Assembly (NCBI GenBank): GCA_018696595.1 | Contig: JABHQW010000002.1 | Location: 74,128-98,127 of the forward strand | DNA from: Candidatus Woesearchaeota archaeon | GTDB taxonomy: Archaea; Nanobdellota; Nanobdellia; Woesearchaeales; GW2011-AR9 | Direction: 5' to 3' | Length of the DNA stretch: 24,000 bases | Part shown: one piece after another, positions 12,934 to 24,000 of the stretch | How the letters are laid out: every line of letters begins with the position of its first letter | Position numbering within the stretch: position 1 is the stretch's first letter | Notes under the pieces: model-generated | Told to the model about the DNA's origin: nothing | The model's database searches: none | What the model saw: only the letters and a program-made list of their open reading frames with translations | Program-made: the position numbers and the translations under genes

Positions 12934-15504
12934 ATGGATCGACAAGTGCATAAAAAAGTATGTAATATTAACTTTAGTTTGTTTTCTCCAAAACAAATTA
13001 TGGATCTAGCTGCTGCTAAAGTAGTTACTCCTGAATTATATGATCGTGAAGGATATTCTGTTGACGGTGGTTTAATGGATATTCGTTTAGGGGTTATTGA
13101 TCCAGGGTTAAGATGTAAAACCTGTGGTCAAAAGCTTAAAGAATGTCCTGGTCATTTTGGATATATTGAATTAGCAAGACCTGTAATTCATATTAAGTTT
13201 GTTAGACAAGTTCTTGATTTGTTAAAATCTACTTGTAAATATTGTGGTCAGGTTCTTATTCCTGAAAATAACATTAGCAAGTTTACCGATGTTTTTGATA
13301 AAGTGGGTAAGGAAGAAGGTTTTGAAGCAAGAAGAAGAAAAATTAAGGAAGTTGTTAATAAATTTAAAACTAAAGAAAAGTGTCCTCATTGTGAGAAAAA
13401 ACAAGAAAAAATTAAAATTGAAAAACCTTATACTTATTACGAAAGTGATTTACGTCTAAGTCCAATTGAAGTGCGAGCAAGATTAGAAAAAGTACCTTCA
13501 GAAGATCTTAAAATCTTTGGATACGTAGAAGGTTTCCGTCCAGAATGGATGGTTCTAACTGTTTTACAAATTCCTCCAGTTACGATGCGTCCAAGCATTA
13601 CTTTAGAATCTGGAGAACGAAGTGAAGACGACTTAACTCATAAGTTAGGTGATATTGTTAGAATTAATCAGCGTTTATTTGAGAACATTAATGCTGGTGC
13701 TCCTGAAGTTATTATTGAAGATTTATGGGATCTGTTACAATACCATGTTACAACTTTCTTTGACAATGCAGTTTCTCAACTACCTCCTGCAAGACATCGG
13801 GGCGGACAAGTACTAAAAACATTAGCTGCAAGAATTAAAAGTAAAGAAGGTCGGTTAAGACATAATCTTGCTGGTAAGAGAACTGACTTTTCAGCGAGAA
13901 CAGTTATTAGTCCTGACCCTTTTATTGATTTGAACCAAGTTGGTGTTCCATTATCAATGTCAATGAATTTAACAGTTCCAGAAAGAGTTACTGAATGGAA
14001 CAAAGAATACCTGTTAAAGTTTGTTAAGAACGGACCAAAAAAATATCCTGGTGCTAATTATATTATCAAGCCTGATGGAAAAAGAAAATCCATAACTGAA
14101 GATACACAAGAAGAAATCTTAGAAGAGTTAGAAGAAGGTTATCTTGTAGAAAGACATTTACTTGACGGTGATGTTGCTTTATTTAACAGACAACCAAGTT
14201 TGCACAGAATGAGCATGATGTGTCATAAAGTAAAAGTTCTTCCAGGTAAAACATTCCGTTTGAATCCTGCAGTTTGTAATCCTTATAACGCTGATTTTGA
14301 TGGGGATGAAATGAACTTACATATTCCACAGAACGATGAAGCAAGAGCAGAAGCAAAAATTTTAATGTTGGTTGATACTCAAATAATTAGTCCCCGTTAT
14401 GGATTAAGTGTTGTGGGTTGTATCCAAGATGCAATTACTGGTAATTATCTTTTAACTAAAGAATTAGTTTTAAGTAGGGCTGAAGCAACTGACTTATTAT
14501 ATAATTGCGGGGTTACTGATTTGTCCCCTTTACCTAAGAAAGAGAAGGTTGATGGTAGTGAAGTATTCTCTGTTTTATTACCTAACGACTTTAGTTTCAT
14601 TGGTAAAGATAAGAGTGGTAATGACGTTAAGATTGTTAATGGAAAACTAAAATCTGGTTACATGGACAAATCTAACTTAGGTCAAGAAAGTGGACTGATG
14701 TTAAGAAACATTTATGAAAAATATGGTCCTGCTTATACTGCTGAACTTTTAGGTAAGATCTCAAAATTAGGTATTTCTGTATTGGCAAGAAGAGGGTTCT
14801 CGATTGGAATTGGGGATATGGACTTACCATTAGAAACACAAGATGAAATTAGGGCAACTGTAAAGAAATCCGAAGATGAAGCACTAAAAATAATTGATGA
14901 ATTTTATGCTGGAAAATTGGATGCATTGCCTGGAAGAAGTGTTGCTGAAACTCTTGAACTTAATGTTCTTGGTGCACTTAACAAAGCAAGAAATAAGAGC
15001 GGAGATATTGCTATGAAACAAGTACAAAATAGTGCAGCAATTACTATGGCTCGGAGTGGTGCAAGAGGAAATCCTTTAAACATTGCTCAAATGACTGCTG
15101 TTGTTGGTCAGCAAGCTTTAAGAGGTAAAAGAATTGAGTCTGGTTTTAAAAATAGAACCATGTCTTATTTTGGAAATAAAGATCTTAGTCCTAAGGCTAG
15201 GGGTTTTGTTAAAAATAATTTTAAAAGCGGTTTGACCCCTGCAGAGTTCTTTTTTGGAGCGATGACTGGGAGAGACGCATTAATGGATACTGCTTTGAGA
15301 ACACCTAAATCCGGTTATCTTTATCGAAGATTATCTAACGCTTTACAAGATCTTAAAGTTGAATATGATGGCACAGTTAGAGATGCAAGTAGTAGGATTG
15401 TCCAGTTTAGTTATGGAGAAGACGGATTAGATGTTTCCAAAACTAAGAATGGTGTTGTTGATGTAAAAAGTGTCATTCAAAATGTTATAGGTGCAAGCAA
15501 ATGA
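12934..15504 (+). CDS. rpoA1: DNA-directed RNA polymerase subunit A' (Rpo1N)
   Basis: 856 aa. Zn motif [20 protein letters not shown] and catalytic [12 protein letters not shown] are present. Confidence 0.95.
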   Translation: MDRQVHKKVCNINFSLFSPKQIMDLAAAKVVTPELYDREGYSVDGGLMDIRLGVIDPGLRCKTCGQKLKECPGHFGYIELARPVIHIKFVRQVLDLLKSTCKYCGQVLIPENNISKFTDVFDKVGKEEGFEARRRKIKEVVNKFKTKEKCPHCEKKQEKIKIEKPYTYYESDLRLSPIEVRARLEKVPSEDLKIFGYVEGFRPEWMVLTVLQIPPVTMRPSITLESGERSEDDLTHKLGDIVRINQRLFENINAGAPEVIIEDLWDLLQYHVTTFFDNAVSQLPPARHRGGQVLKTLAARIKSKEGRLRHNLAGKRTDFSARTVISPDPFIDLNQVGVPLSMSMNLTVPERVTEWNKEYLLKFVKNGPKKYPGANYIIKPDGKRKSITEDTQEEILEELEEGYLVERHLLDGDVALFNRQPSLHRMSMMCHKVKVLPGKTFRLNPAVCNPYNADFDGDEMNLHIPQNDEARAEAKILMLVDTQIISPRYGLSVVGCIQDAITGNYLLTKELVLSRAEATDLLYNCGVTDLSPLPKKEKVDGSEVFSVLLPNDFSFIGKDKSGNDVKIVNGKLKSGYMDKSNLGQESGLMLRNIYEKYGPAYTAELLGKISKLGISVLARRGFSIGIGDMDLPLETQDEIRATVKKSEDEALKIIDEFYAGKLDALPGRSVAETLELNVLGALNKARNKSGDIAMKQVQNSAAITMARSGARGNPLNIAQMTAVVGQQALRGKRIESGFKNRTMSYFGNKDLSPKARGFVKNNFKSGLTPAEFFFGAMTGRDALMDTALRTPKSGYLYRRLSNALQDLKVEYDGTVRDASSRIVQFSYGEDGLDVSKTKNGVVDVKSVIQNVIGASK

Positions 15505-16646
15505 AAGCAGAACACACAAAAATAATTAATAGCTATGCTGATAAATTACCTCCATTAGTATTGAAAACAGTGGAAGAAGAAGTTCCTGGAAATATTAGTG
15601 CTAGCAATCTATCTAAGATTATGGAAGGAGTTATTGCAGCTTACAAATATGCTGAAGTTCATCCTGGTGAAAGTGTTGGTTTAGTTGGCGCTGAAAGTAT
15701 TGGTGAGCCTGGTACACAAATGACTTTGAATACGTTTCACTTGGCTGGGGTTGCTGAAGTACAAGTTACTACTGGTTTGCCAAGGATTATTGAAGTTTTT
15801 GATGCAAGAAAAGAAATCAAAACTCCAATGATGGAGATTTATCTTAAAAGTCCACATAATAAAAATATGGAAAAAGTTCGTAAGTTTGCTGCTAATATTA
15901 AAGAGATGAAATTTGAAGAATTTGTTTCCGAATATTCATTAAGTATCTTTGATCAGACTCTTAAAGTAGTTTTAAATAAAGGTTTGTTAGATGACAATGC
16001 TTTAGTTGCAAAAGACTTAATCAAGTTAATTAAGACTAAAGCAAAGGGATTTAATTTAACAAGTCAAAATGAAGAGATTCTTTTTACTCATAAAGGTAAA
16101 ACTGAGGAAATTAAAGATCTTTATGCAATCAAGGAAAAAATTAAAGATGTTAAAGTTGGCGGAGTCAAGGGTTTGAAACAAGTTCTTCCAGTAAAGCGAA
16201 ATGAAGAATATGTTGTTTTAACTTCTGGAAATAATTTGAAAGATGTTTTGGCTTTACCTGAGGTTGATTCAAATAGAACAACTAGTAACGACATCTATGA
16301 AATTTATAAAGTTCTGGGCATTGAAGCGGCTAGACAAGCAATAATTAATGAGGTTTACAAAGTTGTTGAATCTCAAGGATTGAATGTTAATATTCGTCAT
16401 ATTATGCTTGTAGCAGACGTGATGTGTGCTAGTGGTGTGGTTAAAGGAGTTACTCGTTATGGTGTTGTTAGTGAGAAAGCTAGTGTTTTAGCAAGGGCAT
16501 CTTTTGAAACTCCATTAAAACATTTATTTAATGCTGCATTGGAAGGGGAAGTTGATGACCTGACTTCTGTAGTTGAAAATGTAATGATTAATCAGCCAGT
16601 TCCAATTGGTACTGGGTTACCTGGATTAATAACAAAGATGAAATAA
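15501..16646 (+). CDS. rpoA2: DNA-directed RNA polymerase subunit A'' (Rpo1C)
   Basis: 381 aa. The ATGA start/stop overlap with rpoA1 suggests translational coupling. Motifs [29 protein letters not shown] are present. Confidence 0.95.
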   Translation: MKAEHTKIINSYADKLPPLVLKTVEEEVPGNISASNLSKIMEGVIAAYKYAEVHPGESVGLVGAESIGEPGTQMTLNTFHLAGVAEVQVTTGLPRIIEVFDARKEIKTPMMEIYLKSPHNKNMEKVRKFAANIKEMKFEEFVSEYSLSIFDQTLKVVLNKGLLDDNALVAKDLIKLIKTKAKGFNLTSQNEEILFTHKGKTEEIKDLYAIKEKIKDVKVGGVKGLKQVLPVKRNEEYVVLTSGNNLKDVLALPEVDSNRTTSNDIYEIYKVLGIEAARQAIINEVYKVVESQGLNVNIRHIMLVADVMCASGVVKGVTRYGVVSEKASVLARASFETPLKHLFNAALEGEVDDLTSVVENVMINQPVPIGTGLPGLITKMK

Positions 16647-16661
16647 TGACGGTGAGTTTAT

Positions 16662-16949
16662 ATGGCAAAGAAAAAAGAAATTAATGAAGAAATTAAATTA
16701 CTGAAAGCTAAAGTTCAAGAGGATAAAGCAATTATTGGGACTGATAGAGTAGTCAAAGAGTTAAGAAAGAAAAGCCTTAGTAAGGTGTTTTTGTCCAGTA
16801 ATTGTCCTGATAACACTAAAAGTGATATTCAACATTACGCTGATTTAGTGAAGGTTCCAGTTGTTCAATTAGATTTGAATAACGAAGAACTAGGAGTTGT
16901 TTGTAAAAAAGAATTCTTCATCTCTGTTTTAGGTATTAGCGGAGAATAA
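16662..16949 (+). CDS. rpl30e: 50S ribosomal protein L30e
   Basis: 95 aa with an L30e/L7Ae-fold pattern (GTDRVVKELRKK...VFLSSNCP...ELGVVCKK) in the canonical position after rpoA''. Confidence 0.85.
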   Translation: MAKKKEINEEIKLLKAKVQEDKAIIGTDRVVKELRKKSLSKVFLSSNCPDNTKSDIQHYADLVKVPVVQLDLNNEELGVVCKKEFFISVLGISGE

Positions 16950-16950
16950 A

Positions 16951-17367
16951 TTGGTAAGGTTAAAACTCGATCAGGAAACTTTGGGGTTATCTTTACTTAT
17001 GGAAAGAATTTCTGGTGTTAGGGTTAAAGATTGTTTTAGGGACGAAGATGTGCTTTATTTTGTTGTTTCTCCTGGTTATTTGGGGAAGGCAATTGGTAAG
17101 GGTGGAGCAAATATTAAAAAGATTCAAACCGAACTTGGTAAGAAAATCAGAATTATTGAGTTTCGGGATAATATGATAGATTTTGTTAAAAATGTCATTT
17201 ATCCTTTAAAGGTGGCGGAAGTTGTTGAGGAAGAAAATATTGTTTATATTAAAGATCCTAATAAAAAAACAAAAAGTTTATTAATAGGACGGGATGGAAA
17301 GAATCTAAAATTAATAAATAGGGCTGTCAAACGCTTTTTTAGTGTTGATGATGTCAAAGTTATATAA
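16951..17367 (+). CDS. nusA: Archaeal NusA-like transcription termination/antitermination factor (two KH domains)
   Basis: 138 aa with a TTG start 1 nt after the L30e stop. KH GXXG motifs GKAIGKGGANIKKI and LIGRDGKNLKLI are present, in the canonical operon position. Confidence 0.85.
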   Translation: MVRLKLDQETLGLSLLMERISGVRVKDCFRDEDVLYFVVSPGYLGKAIGKGGANIKKIQTELGKKIRIIEFRDNMIDFVKNVIYPLKVAEVVEEENIVYIKDPNKKTKSLLIGRDGKNLKLINRAVKRFFSVDDVKVI

Positions 17368-17376
17368 AAATAAAAA

Positions 17377-17796
17377 ATGGCTAACAAATCAAGAGGATTA
17401 GGAGCTGCAAAGAAATTGCAGAAAAGAAGGAAGACTTACAAATTGGCTAGAAGGTCAATCTTAAAAAAGAAATCAGATCCCTTAGCAGGAGCTTCTCAAG
17501 CAAAAGCTATTGTATTAGAAAAAATTCAAATTGAAGCTAAGCAGCCAAACTCAGCTATGCGTAAGTGTGCTAGAGTTCAATTAGTAAAAAATGGTAAACA
17601 AGTAACTGCTTTTATGCCAGGAGATGGCGCTCAGAAGCTAATTAACGAACACGATGAAGTTATTGTTGAGTGTATTGGTGGAAAGATGGGAAGAGCAAAA
17701 GGTGATATCCCAGGAGTTAGATGGCAAGTTCTTAAGGTTAATGATCAAAGTCTAAATGCTTTATTAAAAGGTAAGTTAGAGAAAGCAAGAAGGTAA
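17377..17796 (+). CDS. rps12: 30S ribosomal protein S12 (uS12)
   Basis: 139 aa; [28 protein letters not shown] is diagnostic. Confidence 0.95.
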   Translation: MANKSRGLGAAKKLQKRRKTYKLARRSILKKKSDPLAGASQAKAIVLEKIQIEAKQPNSAMRKCARVQLVKNGKQVTAFMPGDGAQKLINEHDEVIVECIGGKMGRAKGDIPGVRWQVLKVNDQSLNALLKGKLEKARR

Positions 17797-17803
17797 ACAT
17801 AAA

Positions 17804-18406
17804 ATGAGTGACGAAATTAAATTTTTCAATCGATGGACTGCAGAAGGAGTTAAAGTAGAAGATCCTGGTTTGATTAATTACATTACTTTAAGTCCAAGAA
17901 TCATGCCAAAAACAGGTGCAAGATATGCAGGAGCAAGATTTCATAAATCTTATACTTTTATTGTTGAACGGTTAGCTAGTAAGTTAATGGTTTCTGGTCA
18001 TAAAAGTAAGAAACACTTTATGAGTTCTGGCCACAATACGGGTAAGAAAAATAAAGTTCTAAAAGTAATTGAAAACGCATTAGCAAAATGTGAATTACAG
18101 TTGAAGAAAAATCCTTTGGCTATTTTAGTAAAAGCAATTGAAAACGCTGCTCCTCGTGAAGAAGTTATCGCGATTGAGTATGGTGGTGCTCGTTATCCTA
18201 AAGCGGTTGATGTTGCTCCTCAAAGAAGAATTGACATTGCTTTGAGATACATGGCTCAGGGAGCTTACACTAAATCTTTTAATAAGAAAAAGAAAATTGA
18301 AGAAGCTTTAGCTGAAGAGCTTATTGCGGCTTACCAAAGTTCTGGAAAGAGTAATGCAGTTGCTAAGAAACGTGATACTGAAAGACAAGCTGCTAGTAGT
18401 AAGTAG
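17804..18406 (+). CDS. rps7: 30S ribosomal protein S7 (uS7)
   Basis: 200 aa in the canonical position after S12, with the archaeal S7 pattern (LVKAIENAAPREEV...YGGARYPKAVDVAPQRR). Confidence 0.9.
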   Translation: MSDEIKFFNRWTAEGVKVEDPGLINYITLSPRIMPKTGARYAGARFHKSYTFIVERLASKLMVSGHKSKKHFMSSGHNTGKKNKVLKVIENALAKCELQLKKNPLAILVKAIENAAPREEVIAIEYGGARYPKAVDVAPQRRIDIALRYMAQGAYTKSFNKKKKIEEALAEELIAAYQSSGKSNAVAKKRDTERQAASSK

Positions 18407-18419
18407 ATTTACAAAAACT

Positions 18420-18428
18420 TTTTATATT
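18420..18428 (+). promoter_or_regulatory. TATA box (aaaaacTTTTTATAT) for leaderless gene 18448
   Basis: Centred about 24 nt upstream of ATG 18448, with no SD. Confidence 0.5.
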
Positions 18429-18447
18429 TCTTATCTTTTCTTTTATT

Positions 18448-18948
18448 ATGACATACGAACCACATCATTGTTTGAACTTTAGAATTAATGATCATAATGT
18501 TGATTACTTTGTTGAAGCTTTTTCTAAAGAAGAACAACCAACTCAACTTTTAGTTCCTTGCGATTATGATGGAAATGAAATTGTTGTTCCAGCTCCAAGT
18601 AGGCGGGTTGTAGAGGAAGAAATTTTCAAATATGATGTTCGTAAAAGATTGGGTGACGATAGTTTAGATGTTTCTTCAATTAAATGGCCCTTTGCTTGGA
18701 AAACAGGAAAAGTTAATGTTAGTGATCCAAATGATAGAAAACCAACCTTTATGGAATGGCATAAAGTTTATGGAAACTTATCAGAGTTGCGGTTTAGAGC
18801 TCATCCTGAAGAAATGTATCAATTCTCAGCAGAAGATCAAGGCAATTTAAGAAGAATGACTCGGTTAGAAAAACAAGTTATTTCTATTGAGATTGGTGGG
18901 ATTTCAAGAACTCTCGAGAATCCTCTTTTGCAATGTTTGAGATTTTAA
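18448..18948 (+). CDS. Hypothetical protein (166 aa)
   Basis: ORF with its own leaderless-type promoter. No motif recognised. Confidence 0.55.
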   Translation: MTYEPHHCLNFRINDHNVDYFVEAFSKEEQPTQLLVPCDYDGNEIVVPAPSRRVVEEEIFKYDVRKRLGDDSLDVSSIKWPFAWKTGKVNVSDPNDRKPTFMEWHKVYGNLSELRFRAHPEEMYQFSAEDQGNLRRMTRLEKQVISIEIGGISRTLENPLLQCLRF

Positions 18949-18966
18949 TAATTTTATACTAAAATC

Positions 18967-18975
18967 TTTTAAATA
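18967..18975 (+). promoter_or_regulatory. TATA box (aaaatcTTTTAAATA) for leaderless kae1
   Basis: Centred about 26 nt upstream of ATG 18997. Confidence 0.5.
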
Positions 18976-18996
18976 TACATTAGAATTACTTCTTTT

Positions 18997-19944
18997 ATGA
19001 ACATATTAGGTATAGAATCAACTGCACATACATTTGGTGTGGGAATTGTAACAGATGAGGGAAAAGTATTAGCGAATGCTGTTGATAGTTACACTTCTAA
19101 GGACATTGGGATGATTCCGCACGAGATGGCGGAGCATCATAATAAAGTGGCTGAGAAGCTCTTAAAACAGGCCTTGAAGGACGCTAATGTGTCTTGGGGC
19201 GATATTGAATTTATTGCTTATTCTGCTGGTCCTGGTTTAGATCCTGCATTATGGGCTGGGTATCATATTGCTAAGAAATGGGCTGAAGAGAATGGTAAAA
19301 AATTGGTGGGTGTAAATCACTGTGCAGCTCATTTGTCTATTGGAAAAGTGTGGAATAAACTGAAAGATCCTTGCTATCTTTATGTTTCTGGTGTAAATAC
19401 TCAAATTATTGCTTATGAAGCCGGAAAATATCGTGTGTTTGGAGAAACCTTAGATCTTGGTTTAGGAAATATGTTAGACAAGTTTGGTCGTATTTTAGGT
19501 TTGGGATTTCCTGCTGGTCCAAAAGTTGAGGAACTGGCTAAGAATGGGGGGTTTGTTGAATTACCTTACACTGTGAAAGGGATGGATTTTTCTTTTTCAG
19601 GAATTCTGACTAAAGCAGAACAATTATTGAAGAAGGGCATTTCTAAAGAAGATCTTTGTTTCTCTGTACAGGAAACTTGTTTTGCTATTCTTGCCGAAGC
19701 TACTGAAAGAGCAATGGCTTATATTGATAAAAAAGAATTGTTGTTAGTTGGTGGTGTAGGGGCTAATAAACGGTTTTGTGAAATGCTCGACATTATGTGC
19801 AAAGAACGGGGTGCTAAATTCTATAAAGTTCCAATGGATCTTGCTGGTGATCAAGGAGCAATGATTGCTTGGGAAGGTTTTCTTAGAAAAGATGAATCTT
19901 CTGATATAGAAGTTAATCCACATTGGCGGACTGATGAAGTTTAG
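18997..19944 (+). CDS. kae1: tRNA N6-adenosine threonylcarbamoyltransferase Kae1 (KEOPS catalytic subunit)
   Basis: 315 aa. ILGIESTAHTFGVGIV, the metal-binding HCAAHLSIG, and LLLVGGVGANKR are present. There is no fused Bud32 domain. Confidence 0.9.
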   Translation: MNILGIESTAHTFGVGIVTDEGKVLANAVDSYTSKDIGMIPHEMAEHHNKVAEKLLKQALKDANVSWGDIEFIAYSAGPGLDPALWAGYHIAKKWAEENGKKLVGVNHCAAHLSIGKVWNKLKDPCYLYVSGVNTQIIAYEAGKYRVFGETLDLGLGNMLDKFGRILGLGFPAGPKVEELAKNGGFVELPYTVKGMDFSFSGILTKAEQLLKKGISKEDLCFSVQETCFAILAEATERAMAYIDKKELLLVGGVGANKRFCEMLDIMCKERGAKFYKVPMDLAGDQGAMIAWEGFLRKDESSDIEVNPHWRTDEV

Positions 19945-19947
19945 AAA

Positions 19948-21024
19948 ATGGTTTTGTTAAAACCTACAGATTTAAATGATTCTCAAGATTTAGTTAGATT
20001 AATTGGTTTTTTTCTTGCTCGCAAAGGTAAAGCTAAAGATAACCATTTTGGTGCTGCTGCTCGAGAATTAGATGTAGTAGAAAATGCTTTAGCATTGATT
20101 TTAAGAAATTTTGATTGTGATATTTCTATTTCTAGTTATGCGGATAATTTGTTTCGTTTTAGATTTTATAACGATGATTTACAGGAAACTTATAATCATT
20201 ATACCAAAGAAGGAACAAGTTTACCCTGGGAATTGTTTTCTTCAACTGGTGATCAAGAAGAGTTATTTAAATGGTATTTCTCTAGAGTTGGTTCTGTTGC
20301 TGTTGAAGAGCAATCTGCGGGTGCAAATATAAGAACCCGGTTTATTTTTAGGAATAGTCCAAACCTGGGAGAAGATTTTGCTGTCTTGTTATTTAATTTA
20401 GGGATGTTACCTTACCATTCTGTTACAGGAGTAGAGATTTGTGATCATAGTGATTTAATAAAAGCTAAAGAACTTTGTTTTAATGCGAGAAAGAAAGTTT
20501 TTTTAGAAGATTTACTTAAAACGGTTTCCAATAAAACAGAAATGCCCCCTCAAATGGTCTTGTCAGTAATTGATCAAGTAAACTCTGGGATTATTTCGCG
20601 TAAGGAAGGACAAGAAATTCTTAAAGATTACAATGTTCCAGTTACTCGTTTAGATCAATGGCGTTTTATGGGGACGCGTCCTAATAATGTTAAAAGATAT
20701 CTTCACTTAAAAGAATTAAAAGAAACGGTCTATGAAAGAAATGAGGTTATTAAACTAAGAGGATACGTGCCAATAACACAGATTTTTAATATGTATCTTT
20801 CCGAAAGATATCTATCTGATGACTCAGTTGTAAAAGCCTGTCATTCACAATACCTCGTGGCTGTTCGCAATGCTTCAATTGATATTATTGAAATTGGTTC
20901 CAGTTCTTATGTTGCTAAAGAAGTGCAGAGAGATATTGGGGAGATTCTAGAAAAAAAATTATTTTGTCATAAAGAAAGAACATTTGATGAAGCTAAGGAA
21001 CTAACTGAAAAGCTTGGTTCTTAA
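19948..21024 (+). CDS. Hypothetical protein (358 aa) with two degenerate LAGLIDADG-like motifs and a C-terminal HTH-like region
   Basis: It starts 3 nt after the kae1 stop. Motif-like segments VRLIGFFLARKG (aa 16-27) and ELFKWYFSRVGSV (aa 105-117) are about 90 aa apart, each followed by a hydrophobic L..LG-type helix (ALALILRNF, FAVLLFNLGML). The catalytic acidic positions are replaced. This assignment rests on pattern resemblance only. Confidence 0.6.
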   Translation: MVLLKPTDLNDSQDLVRLIGFFLARKGKAKDNHFGAAARELDVVENALALILRNFDCDISISSYADNLFRFRFYNDDLQETYNHYTKEGTSLPWELFSSTGDQEELFKWYFSRVGSVAVEEQSAGANIRTRFIFRNSPNLGEDFAVLLFNLGMLPYHSVTGVEICDHSDLIKAKELCFNARKKVFLEDLLKTVSNKTEMPPQMVLSVIDQVNSGIISRKEGQEILKDYNVPVTRLDQWRFMGTRPNNVKRYLHLKELKETVYERNEVIKLRGYVPITQIFNMYLSERYLSDDSVVKACHSQYLVAVRNASIDIIEIGSSSYVAKEVQRDIGEILEKKLFCHKERTFDEAKELTEKLGS

Positions 21025-21052
21025 AATAAACTTCTACTCTAAAACCGATATG

Positions 21053-21060
21053 TTTATAAA
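21053..21060 (+). promoter_or_regulatory. TATA box (TTTATAAA) upstream of gyrB
   Basis: Consensus box. The predicted start site is near 21085, and the first ATG downstream is 21137. Confidence 0.45.
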
Positions 21061-21127
21061 GCCTCCCTTCCTAATAATATTATCAATTTATCGACGTTAA
21101 AAGAGGATTAAAAAAGCTTATTTTTAA

Positions 21128-23164
<2,037 letters not shown>

Positions 23165-23187
23165 ATTGTTAATTTTCTTCCGAAAGC

Positions 23188-23197
23188 TTTTAATATA
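23188..23197 (+). promoter_or_regulatory. TATA box (gaaagcTTTTAATATA) upstream of 23259
   Basis: BRE-like gaaagc plus an A/T box. GAGGGG (23241-23246) precedes the ATG. Confidence 0.4.
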
Positions 23198-23258
23198 ATT
23201 GTGCTATATAATAATAAAATAATATTATAAACATAAATTTGAGGGGTTCAATGAAAAA

Positions 23259-23495
23259 ATGGCTGGATATGACAAGGAATTAGATAAAGAATTATTTTCA
23301 GAAGTGGTTGAGTTCGAAAGGTGCAGAATCAATGTTGCAGTTTTCGCTTATAACGAAGGGGTAGCTAAGTTACAAATTACTCGAGAAAATAAGAATGCTG
23401 CAGGTGAGTTCTCTTTTGCTAAGTTAGGTAGAATGACAAAAGAAGAAGTTGAAGCAGTAATGCCTTTAATGGAAAAAGCTAAAGCAAGTCTTTAG
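23259..23495 (+). CDS. Small protein (78 aa), possibly a PC4/YdbC-like single-stranded-DNA-binding fold
   Basis: The pattern INVAVFAYNEGVAKLQITRE...FSFAKLGRMTKEEVEAVMPLMEKA resembles YdbC/PC4-type proteins (beta strands, then ...G.GitLt.EE...L helix). This is a weak call made from memory. Confidence 0.55.
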   Translation: MAGYDKELDKELFSEVVEFERCRINVAVFAYNEGVAKLQITRENKNAAGEFSFAKLGRMTKEEVEAVMPLMEKAKASL

Positions 23496-23529
23496 ATTTT
23501 TTAATTTTGTTTTTTTCTTATTTATTTTT

Positions 23530-24000
23530 CTAACTTTCTTCCCATTCTCTTTTGATCCAAGCATGTAAACAATGAATACATTTTTTATATCCTATTGTTT
23601 GTGCTTGTAATCCACTACTTTTGTAGTAAGTGTTACAATAAAAACTATAATCCACTAATATGTTACCATGAATCACATTTTCTTTACTTACTTTAACTTG
23701 TGCAAAAGTTAATAACTTTCTTTTAAAGCTTAAAGAATCATCTTTTTTATTTAGTAATATTCTTATTTCCACTCCTCTTTTCTTAGCTTTAGTTAATTCA
23801 ATCATTAGTTTTTCTAACCATTTCTTGTTCAAATAATGTATTGAAATGTTTTTTTCTGCTAAAGAAATTGTTCTACTCAGTAAATTTAATGTTCTTTTTG
23901 TTTCTACAAATAAATCTGATCCTATCTCAGAAGAAAGCTCATTCTCATTTTTGATTTTTGAAGCTAATTCTTCAATCACAAACTCACTTGCTTTTTTCAT
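23530..24000 (-). CDS. Hypothetical protein with a PLD-like/TrmB-C-like region; the N-terminus may extend beyond the window
   Basis: The 156-aa ORF has its ATG on the last three bases of the window, so the frame could continue upstream. AKKRGVEIRILLNKKD...VIHGNILVD resembles a phospholipase-D-fold repeat, but the HxK(x)4D spacing is not satisfied. Confidence 0.55.
   Translation of the reverse strand: MKKASEFVIEELASKIKNENELSSEIGSDLFVETKRTLNLLSRTISLAEKNISIHYLNKKWLEKLMIELTKAKKRGVEIRILLNKKDDSLSFKRKLLTFAQVKVSKENVIHGNILVDYSFYCNTYYKSSGLQAQTIGYKKCIHCLHAWIKREWEES

Noticed and set aside
23530-24000. Active phospholipase-D/HKD nuclease call
   Set aside because: VIHGNILVD does not fit the HxK(x)4D spacing or residues. 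Only a loose PLD-like/TrmB-C-like resemblance remains, and the gene may be truncated by the window edge.

Overview
AT-rich (about one-third G+C by eye) archaeal chromosomal segment, probably from a small-genome DPANN-like archaeon; that placement is inference from gene content, split rpoB, gyrase and multi-intron tRNAs. All calls come from manual motif recognition, with no database or HMM search. Three blocks are visible. (1) nt 1-6004 is the most unusual part: a tandem cluster of paralogous APC-type amino-acid/polyamine permeases, each fused at the C-terminus to a class-I SAM-methyltransferase-like domain. A pore-less, voltage-sensor-like 4-TM domain is fused to the N-terminus of one paralog. 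The same domain is encoded as a free-standing, divergently transcribed gene next to another paralog. I know of no characterised system with this architecture and consider it the best candidate for something new. (2) nt 7883-9340 holds five tRNA genes (Ile-UAU, Gly-GCC, Tyr-GUA, Asp-GUC, Lys-UUU). Four contain introns, and three carry two introns each: the canonical 37/38 site plus a non-canonical 59/60 T-loop site with a conserved bulge-helix-bulge. This cluster runs straight into the canonical archaeal operon rpoH-rpoB''-rpoB'-rpoA'-rpoA''-rpl30e-nusA-rps12-rps7 (9372-18406). (3) nt 18448-24000 contains a hypothetical gene, kae1 tightly coupled to a degenerate LAGLIDADG-like ORF (no bud32), gyrB with an acidic N-terminal extension and no adjacent gyrA, a small PC4/YdbC-like ORF, and a PLD-like ORF at the window edge. 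A NAD(P)H-hydrate dehydratase-like gene with a very lysine-rich tail lies at 6010-7074. Promoters follow a recurring grammar (AAAR-n-TTTTAWAWA about 24-30 nt upstream of tRNA 5' ends or of leaderless ATGs), and other genes carry GGAGG/GAGGT Shine-Dalgarno sites. No CRISPR array, integrase or transposase was seen.
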